Assembly (NCBI GenBank): GCA_903884815.1
Contig: CAISGE010000027.1
Span: forward strand, 18,780-82,779
DNA: 64,000 nucleotides
Direction: 5' to 3'
DNA from: Candidatus Omnitrophota bacterium
Lineage (GTDB): Bacteria; Omnitrophota; Omnitrophia; Omnitrophales; Aquincolibacteriaceae
A program made the translations under genes and the position numbers. This document shows positions 27,862 to 36,392 of this stretch, in pieces. A model generated the notes under the pieces. The model searched no databases. It saw only the letters and a list, made by a program, of their open reading frames with translations, and was not told the origin of the DNA. The stretch's first letter is position 1. Every line of letters begins with the position of its first letter.

Positions 27862-28409
27862 TCGAAGAAAAAGTTTTTGTCGCGGGATTCGGCGGGCAGG
27901 GAGTCGTCGTGGCGGGGAACATCCTCGCTCATGCCGCACTGGAGGAGGGCCGTCATATTCTCGGGATGGTCTCCTACGGGGTCGAAGTCCGCGGAGGCGC
28001 GTCCCACAGCTTTGTCATCATCTCAGACCAAGAAATCGATTGCCCCATCATCGATGAAGCCACGCTCGGATTTGTGCTCAGCCAGGCGGCTTATGAGAAA
28101 TTCAAGACCAAAACGCGCCCTGACGGGGTTCTCTTCATCGATTCTACACAGGTGGGGAATGTGGATCCCGCGCAAACAACAGGCACCATCATCCAGATTC
28201 CCGCCACCCAGATGGCCCGCGAGATCGGGAACGAGCGCGTGACGAACATGATCATGCTGGGAGCCGCCATCCAGAAAACAGGCATCGTCAAGATGGCGAG
28301 TGCCGTCAAGGTCCTGGGCAAAGTCTTTAAAGGCCTCCGCAAAGATCTTATCTACGTCAACGAAAAAGCCCTCTCCACGGGCGCAGACCTCATGCGCCAG
28401 GCACATTGA
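27858..28409 (+). CDS. korC: 2-oxoacid:ferredoxin oxidoreductase subunit gamma
   Basis: VAGFGGQGVVVAGNILAHAA is the gamma-subunit signature. ATGA overlap with korB. Confidence 0.85.
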   Translation: MIEEKVFVAGFGGQGVVVAGNILAHAALEEGRHILGMVSYGVEVRGGASHSFVIISDQEIDCPIIDEATLGFVLSQAAYEKFKTKTRPDGVLFIDSTQVGNVDPAQTTGTIIQIPATQMAREIGNERVTNMIMLGAAIQKTGIVKMASAVKVLGKVFKGLRKDLIYVNEKALSTGADLMRQAH

Positions 28410-28484
28410 TCCCTCGCTTTTAATACCACTTTTGATATTCAGGGCGGGAAATTCTGCGGGTGCAGGGTGCGAAAATTTTATTGC

Positions 28485-29228
28485 CTACAGCTTATCACTT
28501 AGCAAAGCTCCAGCTTTATACCTCTTCGATGTGCGGTAGCTCCAAAACTTCAGACCTTCCCATAACGCGAAGCCCATGATTTTCAGATTGACGGAAGATT
28601 TGCCCCATTGACGGCCGCGGTGATTGGAGGGGATCTCCTTGATGCGAAATCCAAGATCGTGGGCCTTCACAATGATCTCGGGAAGCACAAAGAGAGATTT
28701 CGAGGTAAGGTCGATCCGGTCGAGGACTTTGCGGCTCCAGGCCTGCGACCAGTTGTAGTCATTGATGCGGATCCTGAACAGATAGTTGAGAAGAAAGATA
28801 TAGATCACGGACAAAAAGAACCGGAAAAGCTGATAAGCGTTCCTCTGCCATCTCACCCCGAGCACCAGATCCGCTTCATCCCGCAGAAAGATATTCACAA
28901 AATCAGGGATCTCCGAAGAATCGAACTCCTCGTCCGCCCCCACGTACATGAGGTATTTCCCGCGCGCCGCAGCCATACCATCTTTCAGAGAACACGTATA
29001 GCCCTTGTTCTGGTCATGAATAATAAGTCGGGTGTGGGGATATTTCGGGATTTCCGATTTAAGGACGGGGAGGGTCTTGTCTTTGCTGCCATCCTCGATA
29101 AGTATCACTTCCCAGTTCCATTCCGGATGAGCGTTGAGAACGGTAAAGAGATTCGCAAGCATCCGAGCGATATTCTCTTCCTCGTTGTAGACCGGCGTAA
29201 TAAAACTGATGAATACGGGGGAATCCAT
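28485..29228 (-). CDS. GT2 polyprenyl-phosphate sugar synthase-like (Dpm1/ArnC-like)
   Basis: ISFITPVYNEEENI...LIEDGSKDKT...GADEE. Start at MDSPVF (29228). Divergent from the carbamoyltransferase gene. Confidence 0.8.
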   Translation of the reverse strand: MDSPVFISFITPVYNEEENIARMLANLFTVLNAHPEWNWEVILIEDGSKDKTLPVLKSEIPKYPHTRLIIHDQNKGYTCSLKDGMAAARGKYLMYVGADEEFDSSEIPDFVNIFLRDEADLVLGVRWQRNAYQLFRFFLSVIYIFLLNYLFRIRINDYNWSQAWSRKVLDRIDLTSKSLFVLPEIIVKAHDLGFRIKEIPSNHRGRQWGKSSVNLKIMGFALWEGLKFWSYRTSKRYKAGALLSDKL

Positions 29229-29348
29229 ACGTGTAAGATTAATGTTTTTAGAGGCCGATGTCAATTGTCGCTCGAAGGGTTTTCTGTTAACATGCCCGAC
29301 ATTCGTGACAGAACGCGCGTTTGAGCGCAAACGATCGGGAGAAAATTC

Positions 29349-31166
29349 TTGAACGTCCTTGGTATTTCAGCTTTTTATCATGACAGCGCGTCCTGCCTCA
29401 TCCGGGAAGGGGCGATCGTCGCCGCGGCCCAGGAAGAGCGTTTTACGCGCAAAAAACATGACTTCTCTTTTCCCCGGCACGCCATCGATTTCTGCCTCAA
29501 GAAAGGCGAGCTCCGATCTTCAGATCTTGATTGTGTCGCATTCTACGACAAACCATTCCTCAAATTCGAACGTATCCTGGAGACTTATCTGGCCTACGCG
29601 CCTCACGGGATCGCATCCTTTCTTCAGGCCATGCCGCTTTGGATCAAACAGAAACTCTGGATGAAAGACTACCTCCAGACCGAACTCAACTTTAATGGCA
29701 AGATCATTTTCCCCGAACACCATCAGTCGCATGCTGCATCCGCATTCTTCCCTTCGCCATTTGAAGAGGCCGCATTCCTCACCATGGACGGCGTCGGAGA
29801 ATGGGCCACCACCAGCTACGGCGTCGGAAAAGGAAACAAGATCGAGATTCAGGCCGAGATCCGGTTTCCCCATTCCCTCGGACTCCTGTATTCCGCTTTC
29901 ACTTATTACACCGGCTTCCGAGTCAACTCCGGCGAATACAAGGTGATGGGCCTCGCGCCTTACGGCAAGCCGATCTTCAAGGACCTCATCCTCAAAGAAC
30001 TGATCGATCTGAAAGAGGACGGCTCCTTCAAGCTCAATATGAAATACTTCGATTACGCTGCAGGTCTCCGCATGACAAATGGCCGTTTTCATAAACTTTT
30101 CGGCGCGCCTCCGCGAAAGCCCGAGTCCCGGGTCACTCAACGTGAAATGGACCTCGCTCGCTCGATCCAGGAAGTCACTGAGGAAGTCATGCTTCGAGTC
30201 ACGCGACATGTCCATGAAGTGACGGGGCAGAAGAATCTTTGCCTCGCCGGAGGTGTCGCACTGAACTGCGTCGGCAATGGCCGAATTCTTCGTGAAGGTC
30301 CGTTCAAAAATATCTGGATACAGCCTGCCTCAGGGGACGCCGGCGGCGCTTTGGGAGCGGCCTCCTTTGCATGGCACCAATACCTGGACAAGCCACGGAC
30401 CGTAAATGGAAAAACCGACAGCATGCGAGGCTCTTATCTAGGGCCCGAATACCCAAACGAAGACATCGAGTCATTCCTCACGGAACATCGAATCCCTTTC
30501 ACGAAACTCACGGACAAGGAACTCCCGGAAAAGATCGCGGATCTTATCGCTCAGGAAAAAGTTATTGGCTGGTTCCAGGGTCCTATGGAGTTCGGCCCCC
30601 GTGCCTTGGGCGGTCGCTCCATTCTCGGGGACTCCCGCTCTCCCAAAATGCAGGAGCAAATGAATCTCAAGATCAAGTTCCGTGAGAGCTTCAGGCCGTT
30701 CGCGCCATCCGTCACGCTTGAAAGAGTGTCGAATTATTTTGAACTCGAGACCGAAAGTCCCTATATGCTTCTCGTAGCGCCGGTGCAAAAGAAGTGGCGC
30801 CGTGAAATGACGGAGACTGAAAAGAAACTGGAGGGGATCGAACTACTGAACGTAAAGCGCTCCGAGATCCCAGCCGTCACGCATGTCGATTATTCCGCAC
30901 GCGTCCAAACCATCACCCCGGTGCAAAATCCCCGGTTTTACGCCCTACTCAAAGCCTTTGACGAGAAGCATGGATGCCCCGTCATGATCAATACCTCCTT
31001 CAATGTGCGCGGAGAGCCGATCGTCTGCACGCCTGAGGATGCATTCCGCTGTTTTATGCGCACGCAAATGGACCATCTGGTCCTGGGTAATTATCTGCTT
31101 ACGAAGACAGAACAGAAGCCCCTTGAAAAAGACAGCGAATGGATGAAAGAGTTCGAACTCGATTGA
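29349..31166 (+). CDS. carbamoyltransferase, NodU/CmcH/NovN/TobZ/SxtI family (TTG start)
   Basis: LGISAFYHDSA N-terminus, HH(Q/L)SHAASAF, and the C-terminal YrdC/Kae1-like half with NTSFN. 605 aa. Confidence 0.85.
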   Translation: MNVLGISAFYHDSASCLIREGAIVAAAQEERFTRKKHDFSFPRHAIDFCLKKGELRSSDLDCVAFYDKPFLKFERILETYLAYAPHGIASFLQAMPLWIKQKLWMKDYLQTELNFNGKIIFPEHHQSHAASAFFPSPFEEAAFLTMDGVGEWATTSYGVGKGNKIEIQAEIRFPHSLGLLYSAFTYYTGFRVNSGEYKVMGLAPYGKPIFKDLILKELIDLKEDGSFKLNMKYFDYAAGLRMTNGRFHKLFGAPPRKPESRVTQREMDLARSIQEVTEEVMLRVTRHVHEVTGQKNLCLAGGVALNCVGNGRILREGPFKNIWIQPASGDAGGALGAASFAWHQYLDKPRTVNGKTDSMRGSYLGPEYPNEDIESFLTEHRIPFTKLTDKELPEKIADLIAQEKVIGWFQGPMEFGPRALGGRSILGDSRSPKMQEQMNLKIKFRESFRPFAPSVTLERVSNYFELETESPYMLLVAPVQKKWRREMTETEKKLEGIELLNVKRSEIPAVTHVDYSARVQTITPVQNPRFYALLKAFDEKHGCPVMINTSFNVRGEPIVCTPEDAFRCFMRTQMDHLVLGNYLLTKTEQKPLEKDSEWMKEFELD

Positions 31167-31179
31167 TCACACCCTTTTC

Positions 31180-31623
31180 TTGAATGAGAATCAGAATGGA
31201 AAAAACATGGTCATCGCGGAAATAAAGAAAATTGAGTCGAGCGAAAAAAAACTCAGGGAGTTCGGATTCCTGATCGGAGGCGTGCTCTGCGCTCTCGCGT
31301 GCCTCCTTATGTGGCGGGGAAGGGGAAGCTACCGCTATTTTCTAATTCCAGGTATCACCCTCGTGATCGCGGGAGCCCTCTCACCGCGCGTGCTGAAACC
31401 CTTTCAAAAAGCGTGGATGACGCTCGCGATACTGATGAACTGGGTCATGACGAGGGTCCTCCTCTCTGTCCTTTTTTATCTCGCAATCACACCCATCGGA
31501 CTCTTCATGCGCCTTACGGGTAAGGATATCTTGAACGAACGACTTGAGCCTCGCAAGTTAAGCTATTGGAAGATCCGCCCCTCCAACCCTCACGCCCCCG
31601 CTGAATACGAAAAGCAGTTTTGA
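31180..31623 (+). CDS. SxtJ-like small membrane protein of unknown function (2-3 TM)
   Basis: 147 aa, immediately after the carbamoyltransferase. Size and position match the SxtJ-type proteins that commonly follow O-carbamoyltransferase genes. Recalled from memory, not searched. Confidence 0.5.
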   Translation: MNENQNGKNMVIAEIKKIESSEKKLREFGFLIGGVLCALACLLMWRGRGSYRYFLIPGITLVIAGALSPRVLKPFQKAWMTLAILMNWVMTRVLLSVLFYLAITPIGLFMRLTGKDILNERLEPRKLSYWKIRPSNPHAPAEYEKQF

Positions 31624-31689
31624 GTTTTTCGTTTCGGCCGCGGGCATCATCTGATAGTATATCGCGCGTTCGTTTACATAGGAGGCCCT

Positions 31690-31848
31690 TTGGGCAAGCT
31701 TGGCATTCTTAAAGAATTCTGGGATTTTCTGAAAGTTCGGAAGAAATGGTGGCTAACGCCGATCGTTTTGGTAATGATCCTCTTGGGCGCTTTGATCGTC
31801 TTTTCTCAAGGCTCCGCACTTTCTCCTTTTATCTATACGCTTTTCTAG
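31690..31848 (+). CDS. SxtK-like very small protein (52 aa, one TM). Absent from the ORF track because it is under 60 aa and starts with TTG.
   Basis: GGAGG 4 nt upstream of the TTG. Translation LGKLGILKEFWDFLKVRKKWWLTPIVLVMILLGALIVFSQGSALSPFIYTLF. Same frame and direction as the SxtJ-like gene. Matches the size of SxtK-type partners. Confidence 0.45.
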   Translation: MGKLGILKEFWDFLKVRKKWWLTPIVLVMILLGALIVFSQGSALSPFIYTLF

Positions 31849-31923
31849 GAATCATGCCGCGTAAGCCCCTCAAATACCTGATGGGTTGATCGCTACAGCT
31901 TAAACAGCACCACGAATTAAGAA

Positions 31924-32718
31924 ATGGAGATTTTGAAAATGAATAAGGCCGCATTAACCGTCGTTGTCATTGCCAAGAACGAAGAGAAGCGCCTTGCCGA
32001 ATGCCTCAAAAGCGCCGCCTTTGCGGCGGAGATCGTCGTCCTGGATGACATGTCAACGGACCGGACGATTGAGATCGCCAAGTCGTTTGGAGCCAAGGTC
32101 TTCCAGCGCGCCATGGATATCGAGGGAACGCATCGGAATTACGCCTACAGCCTCGCGACACAACCCTGGGTTTTCAGCCTTGATGCCGACGAACGGATCA
32201 CTCCGGAGCTCGCAGCGGAACTCACTGCCATCGCGTCTAAACCCATCGATCAGGTTTCGGACGTTGCCTACTGCATGCCCGTGAAGACCTTCATCGGAAC
32301 GGACTGGATCCGAGGCGGAGGCTATTATCCCGCACCCAAGACGCGATTTTTCAAAAAAGGCCAGTTTAAATACGAAGACGCTCGTGTCCATCCCCGGATG
32401 TTCTATGAAGGCACCTGCGGGAACCTGAAGGGCGACATCCTTCACTATTCGAGTCCCAGCTGGGAGAACTGGCTTGCCAAGTTCAACCGCGAAACCACCC
32501 TCGAGGCCGAGAAGTGGGTAAAAGACGGTCGCCCCATGGGTCCGTGGCGTGTCTACCGAAAAGCCTGCAGCCGCTTTCTGAAATATTACTTCCAAAAGGA
32601 CGGCATCAAGACCGGGTACACGGGGTTTTTCATGTCCTTCATGCATTCGGCCTATCAGATCATAACTTTCGCGAAATACCGTGAGATGAAGCGCGCTCAA
32701 GAAGGCGCCCCCAAATAG
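31924..32718 (+). CDS. glycosyltransferase family 2 (WaaE/KdtX-like LPS core-type)
   Basis: LTVVVIAKNEEKRLAECL...VLDDMSTD...DADE. Confidence 0.8.
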   Translation: MEILKMNKAALTVVVIAKNEEKRLAECLKSAAFAAEIVVLDDMSTDRTIEIAKSFGAKVFQRAMDIEGTHRNYAYSLATQPWVFSLDADERITPELAAELTAIASKPIDQVSDVAYCMPVKTFIGTDWIRGGGYYPAPKTRFFKKGQFKYEDARVHPRMFYEGTCGNLKGDILHYSSPSWENWLAKFNRETTLEAEKWVKDGRPMGPWRVYRKACSRFLKYYFQKDGIKTGYTGFFMSFMHSAYQIITFAKYREMKRAQEGAPK

Positions 32719-32725
32719 GCGTGCC

Positions 32726-33838
32726 ATGAAAGTCCCGTATTTCGACGTCTCCAGGCAACATCAAAAGTTCGCGATCGAAGCCCAGGCCGCTCTCGAAAAG
32801 ATCCTGAAAAGCGGCGCCTATATTCTTGGCCCCGCATTGAAGGACCTCGAAGCTGAGTTCGCTGCGTATGTGGGCACCCGGTTCGCAATCGGCGTCGGTT
32901 CGGGGACGGACGCCCTGACCTTCAGCCTCAAAGCCCTCGATATAAAAAAAGGGGATGAGGTCATTGTCCCGTCTTTTACATTCACCTCAACAGCACTCGC
33001 CGTTCTGCATCTTGGGGCAATACCGGTCTTCGCCGATGTTGATGAGAAGACCTTCAACCTGGATCCCAAGTCCGTAGAGAAAGCCCTTAGCAAAAAAACC
33101 AGAGCGCTGATCCCAGTTCATCTCTTCGGCCAATGCGCCGATATGACCGCGCTCATGGCTTTGGCAAAGCAAAAAAAACTCAAGGTCGTCGAGGACGCGT
33201 GCCAGGCCCACGGCGCGCTTTGGAATAAGGTCATGGCCGGAGCTTTCGGAAACGCCGGATGTTTCAGCTTTTATCCGACCAAGAACCTCGGGGGGATCGG
33301 AGACGGCGGCATGGTCACAACCTCGGATGAAAAACTTCTGAAGCGCGTCACGCAGTACCGCAATCTCGGCAAGGGGATCGAGGATCCCTTTGTCCATGAC
33401 GAGATCGGCTGGACCAGCCGCCTCGACAGCCTCCAGGCCGCGTTCCTTAGTATCAAACTACGCTTTCTTGACGAACTGAACAGGGAACGTCGCGCGGTGG
33501 CCGAGCTTTATCACCAGAAGTTGTCCGCCACACCGCTCATCCTTCCGCGGGAAACAACCCAAGCCTATCATGTTTATCATCTTTACGTTGTCCGTGTCAC
33601 GGACGAGAAACGGGATGCTTTAAAAGCCCATCTCGCTGCGGAAGGTATCCCGACCATGGTCCATTACGCGACGCCGGTCGATGCGCAGCCCGTCATGAAA
33701 AAACAAAAGATCCGGAAGGTCAAGTTGCCTGTCACGGAAATTCTCCGTGAGGAAGTATTGACGCTCCCACTTTTCCCGGGCATGACGGAGCCCGAGATTG
33801 CGGCTGTGGCCGGTTCGATCAGAAAATTTTACAGTTAA
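32726..33838 (+). CDS. DegT/DnrJ/EryC1/StrS-family PLP-dependent sugar aminotransferase (ArnB/PglE-like)
   Basis: About 370 aa. GSGTDAL, conserved Lys region FSFYPTKNLG, fold consistent with sugar 3-/4-aminotransferases. Confidence 0.85.
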   Translation: MKVPYFDVSRQHQKFAIEAQAALEKILKSGAYILGPALKDLEAEFAAYVGTRFAIGVGSGTDALTFSLKALDIKKGDEVIVPSFTFTSTALAVLHLGAIPVFADVDEKTFNLDPKSVEKALSKKTRALIPVHLFGQCADMTALMALAKQKKLKVVEDACQAHGALWNKVMAGAFGNAGCFSFYPTKNLGGIGDGGMVTTSDEKLLKRVTQYRNLGKGIEDPFVHDEIGWTSRLDSLQAAFLSIKLRFLDELNRERRAVAELYHQKLSATPLILPRETTQAYHVYHLYVVRVTDEKRDALKAHLAAEGIPTMVHYATPVDAQPVMKKQKIRKVKLPVTEILREEVLTLPLFPGMTEPEIAAVAGSIRKFYS

Positions 33839-33918
33839 TGTTTCAGGAGCGTTTGCCCCAACGGGGCAACCTCGCAATATAAACAAAACTCAAACCATCT
33901 TACAAAGAGAAAAAACTC

Positions 33919-34479
33919 ATGACCAAGCCTTCAAAAAAAGTTGTTTTCATTGACCGGGACGGTGTCATCAATGTCGATCTCTGGAAATATGTCGAAACCT
34001 GGAAAGAATTCAAATTTGAAAAGGGCGTTCTGGATGCCCTTCTCACCCTTACTGAAAAAGGGTTCGATATCTACATTATCTCGAATCAAGCAGGCGTCGG
34101 AGACGGGATCTTTACTGAAGCGGCCATGTGGCAGGTCCACGAAAAAATGGTAGCGGTGATGGCCAAGAAAGGCATCAAGATCCGCGGTGCCCGCTTCTGC
34201 ACACACGGAAAGAAGGAACGCTGTGAATGCCGAAAGCCGAAGACACTGCTGCTCGAAAAGGCTGTAGCGGGTATTACCTTCGACCGGAAGAAAACTTTTT
34301 TCGTGGGGGACAAATTGAGCGACCTCGAGGCGGGGATCAATTTCGGTGTTCGCACTCTCCTTGTCCGTACGGGATATGGCGCCGAAACCGAGAAGAAACT
34401 GGGCAAAAAGTTCCGCCCCGACCATATTGTGGACAATCTTAAAGACGCCGTTCCCATCATCGTCAAGGCAGCCGCATAA
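33919..34479 (+). CDS. HAD-IIIA phosphatase, GmhB-like (D,D-heptose 1,7-bisphosphate phosphatase / histidinol-phosphatase family)
   Basis: VFIDRDGVIN (DxDGT/V motif I), ISNQ, Zn-binding CxH...CxC, GDKLSD motif. Confidence 0.75.
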   Translation: MTKPSKKVVFIDRDGVINVDLWKYVETWKEFKFEKGVLDALLTLTEKGFDIYIISNQAGVGDGIFTEAAMWQVHEKMVAVMAKKGIKIRGARFCTHGKKERCECRKPKTLLLEKAVAGITFDRKKTFFVGDKLSDLEAGINFGVRTLLVRTGYGAETEKKLGKKFRPDHIVDNLKDAVPIIVKAAA

Positions 34480-34486
34480 GCGCCCT

Positions 34487-35602
34487 ATGAAAATCGACAT
34501 TATTCATGCCACGGCAGGGGAAGGACACCGCAAGATCGCGATGGCCGTCCAGGACGGGCTGACACGCCTCCACCGGACCGATCTCCAGATCCGGCTCATG
34601 AATTGCCTCGATTATACCGATGCCACTTTTCAGAAAACCTACGCGCCCATTTATTACTGGGCGGTCCGCCACGCGCCTAATCTTTGGGGCGGCTCCTACG
34701 AGATACTGGACCAGGCTTGGGTGTATCAGCCACTTCGCCCTTTGCGGGCACTGACTAACAATGTTCATGCCAAAGCTTTACTCGACGATGTTGTAAAGAA
34801 CCAACCGGATGTCATCGTCTCGACCCATTTCCTGCCACCCGAGATCCTGGGTCGCGCCAAGCAAAAGGGCCTTATCAAATCTAAGATGATCACGGTTATT
34901 ACGGATTTTTATCCGCATACGTTTTGGGTGAACCCCGGAACCGATCATTACTGGGTCATGGCCGATGAAACCAAGCAAGATCTCATCCGCCGCGGCATTC
35001 CGGCCGGAATCATCACCGTCGGAGGCATTCCGGTCGTCCCGACTTTCAAGCCCTCAGGAAGGAAGAAAGAGATACTGAAAACGCACGGACTTGATGAAAA
35101 CCGATATACAATCCTCCTCACCAGCGGCAGTTTTGGTCTCGGCCCCCAAGAAGCGATCCTCGAAGAACTTAAAGCGTTCAAAGACCGGGTCCAGTGCTTT
35201 GTGGTCTGTGCCAACAACAAAGAGCTCAAAGCGATCCTGGAAAGCAAGGCCTATCCTTTCCCCGTCAAGATCTTCGGATTCATTGATTTCATGCCCGAAC
35301 TTATGGAGGCAAGCGATCTCATGGTGGCAAAATCGGGCGGGTCCACAACCTCCGAAGCGCTCACCAAAGGCGTCGTGATGGTCGTGATGGCCCCGATCCC
35401 CGGGCAAGAGACCCGGAATGTCAAACTCCTCAAGCTCCGCGACGCCGCGTATTTTCTCAATGACCCGCACGAGATCCACGCGATCGTCAAGGGTATCCTG
35501 GAGGATCCTGCTTCATTGCAAAAGAAACGCGATGCTATCAAGCGACTGGCGAAACCCGATGCCTCCGATGATCTGGTGAAACTGATCCTCGGATCCTGCT
35601 AA
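34487..35602 (+). CDS. MGDG-synthase/UgtP-like diacylglycerol glycosyltransferase (GT28 family)
   Basis: N-terminal MGDG_synth-like region (IIHATAGEGH...) and a C-terminal GT-B half (KSGGSTTSEAL...PIPGQE), collinear with Bacillus UgtP. Confidence 0.75.
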   Translation: MKIDIIHATAGEGHRKIAMAVQDGLTRLHRTDLQIRLMNCLDYTDATFQKTYAPIYYWAVRHAPNLWGGSYEILDQAWVYQPLRPLRALTNNVHAKALLDDVVKNQPDVIVSTHFLPPEILGRAKQKGLIKSKMITVITDFYPHTFWVNPGTDHYWVMADETKQDLIRRGIPAGIITVGGIPVVPTFKPSGRKKEILKTHGLDENRYTILLTSGSFGLGPQEAILEELKAFKDRVQCFVVCANNKELKAILESKAYPFPVKIFGFIDFMPELMEASDLMVAKSGGSTTSEALTKGVVMVVMAPIPGQETRNVKLLKLRDAAYFLNDPHEIHAIVKGILEDPASLQKKRDAIKRLAKPDASDDLVKLILGSC

Positions 35603-35607
35603 ATTCC

Positions 35608-36321
35608 ATGTCACTGCAGAAAACCCGATTATTCCTCAAAACGCTCAAAGAGGACGGAATCGAGATGGTGCATCTTCCGAAAAAGTCTCCCCATGCCATC
35701 GCTCTGAACTCCTCAGAGACAAGGAATATTAATATTTCACCCAAGTCGGCCACTTCAGATCAGCCCGGAATTTCAACCCTCCGCACCGAAGTCGAATCCT
35801 GCAAACGCTGCTCTGAACTTGCCCGTACGCGCAACAAAGTCGTCTTCGGGAGTGGCAGTACCTCCGCAAAACTTGTTTTTGTGGGAGAAGCCCCGGGCGC
35901 GGATGAAAACGAGCAGGGGCTCCCATTCGTCGGCCGCGCCGGACAGCTCTTGACCAAGATCATCGAGGCTATGGGCCTTACCCGCGACCAAGTTTTCATC
36001 TGCAATGTCTTGAAATGCAGGCCGCCGGAGAATCGTCCGCCCGCACCCAAAGAAGTTGAGAACTGCCGCCCTTTTCTCAAACGTCAGCTAGAGATCATCA
36101 AGCCTCAAGTGATCGTCGCGCTCGGCAATCACGCGGTGAAGGCTCTGCTCCAGAATGAATCGGGAATATCTTCTTTGCGCGGAACCTTCCAGAAATACGA
36201 AGGTATCCCGGTCATGTGCACCTATCATCCCGCCTATCTTCTGCGCAGTCCGGGGGAGAAACGCAAAGTTTGGGAGGACATGAAGAAAGTGATGAAGATG
36301 CTTGAGGGTAAGGGAGAGTGA
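35608..36321 (+). CDS. uracil-DNA glycosylase, family 4 (Fe-S type), with an approximately 60-aa N-terminal extension
   Basis: CKRCSEL...VFGSG...[27 protein letters not shown] signature. Confidence 0.8.
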   Translation: MSLQKTRLFLKTLKEDGIEMVHLPKKSPHAIALNSSETRNINISPKSATSDQPGISTLRTEVESCKRCSELARTRNKVVFGSGSTSAKLVFVGEAPGADENEQGLPFVGRAGQLLTKIIEAMGLTRDQVFICNVLKCRPPENRPPAPKEVENCRPFLKRQLEIIKPQVIVALGNHAVKALLQNESGISSLRGTFQKYEGIPVMCTYHPAYLLRSPGEKRKVWEDMKKVMKMLEGKGE

Positions 36322-36392
36322 GTCCCTCTTCAAAAAACATCTCCCCAAAGTCTCCCTCGACTAATCCGCAGGCAGACGAAAATATCTCCGGG

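Noticed and set aside
28410-28484. Intrinsic terminator between convergent korC and the minus-strand GT2
   Set aside because: Only weak, imperfect complementarity (GCGGG...CTGCGGG) without a U-tract. Not convincing enough to call.
20128-35602. dTDP-4-dehydrorhamnose 3,5-epimerase (rmlC) and an ArnA-type formyltransferase somewhere in the cluster
   Set aside because: Each ORF was checked for the cupin-type RmlC (about 180 aa) and the formyltransferase fold (apart from fmt at 39873, which is the Met-tRNA enzyme). None is present in this window.
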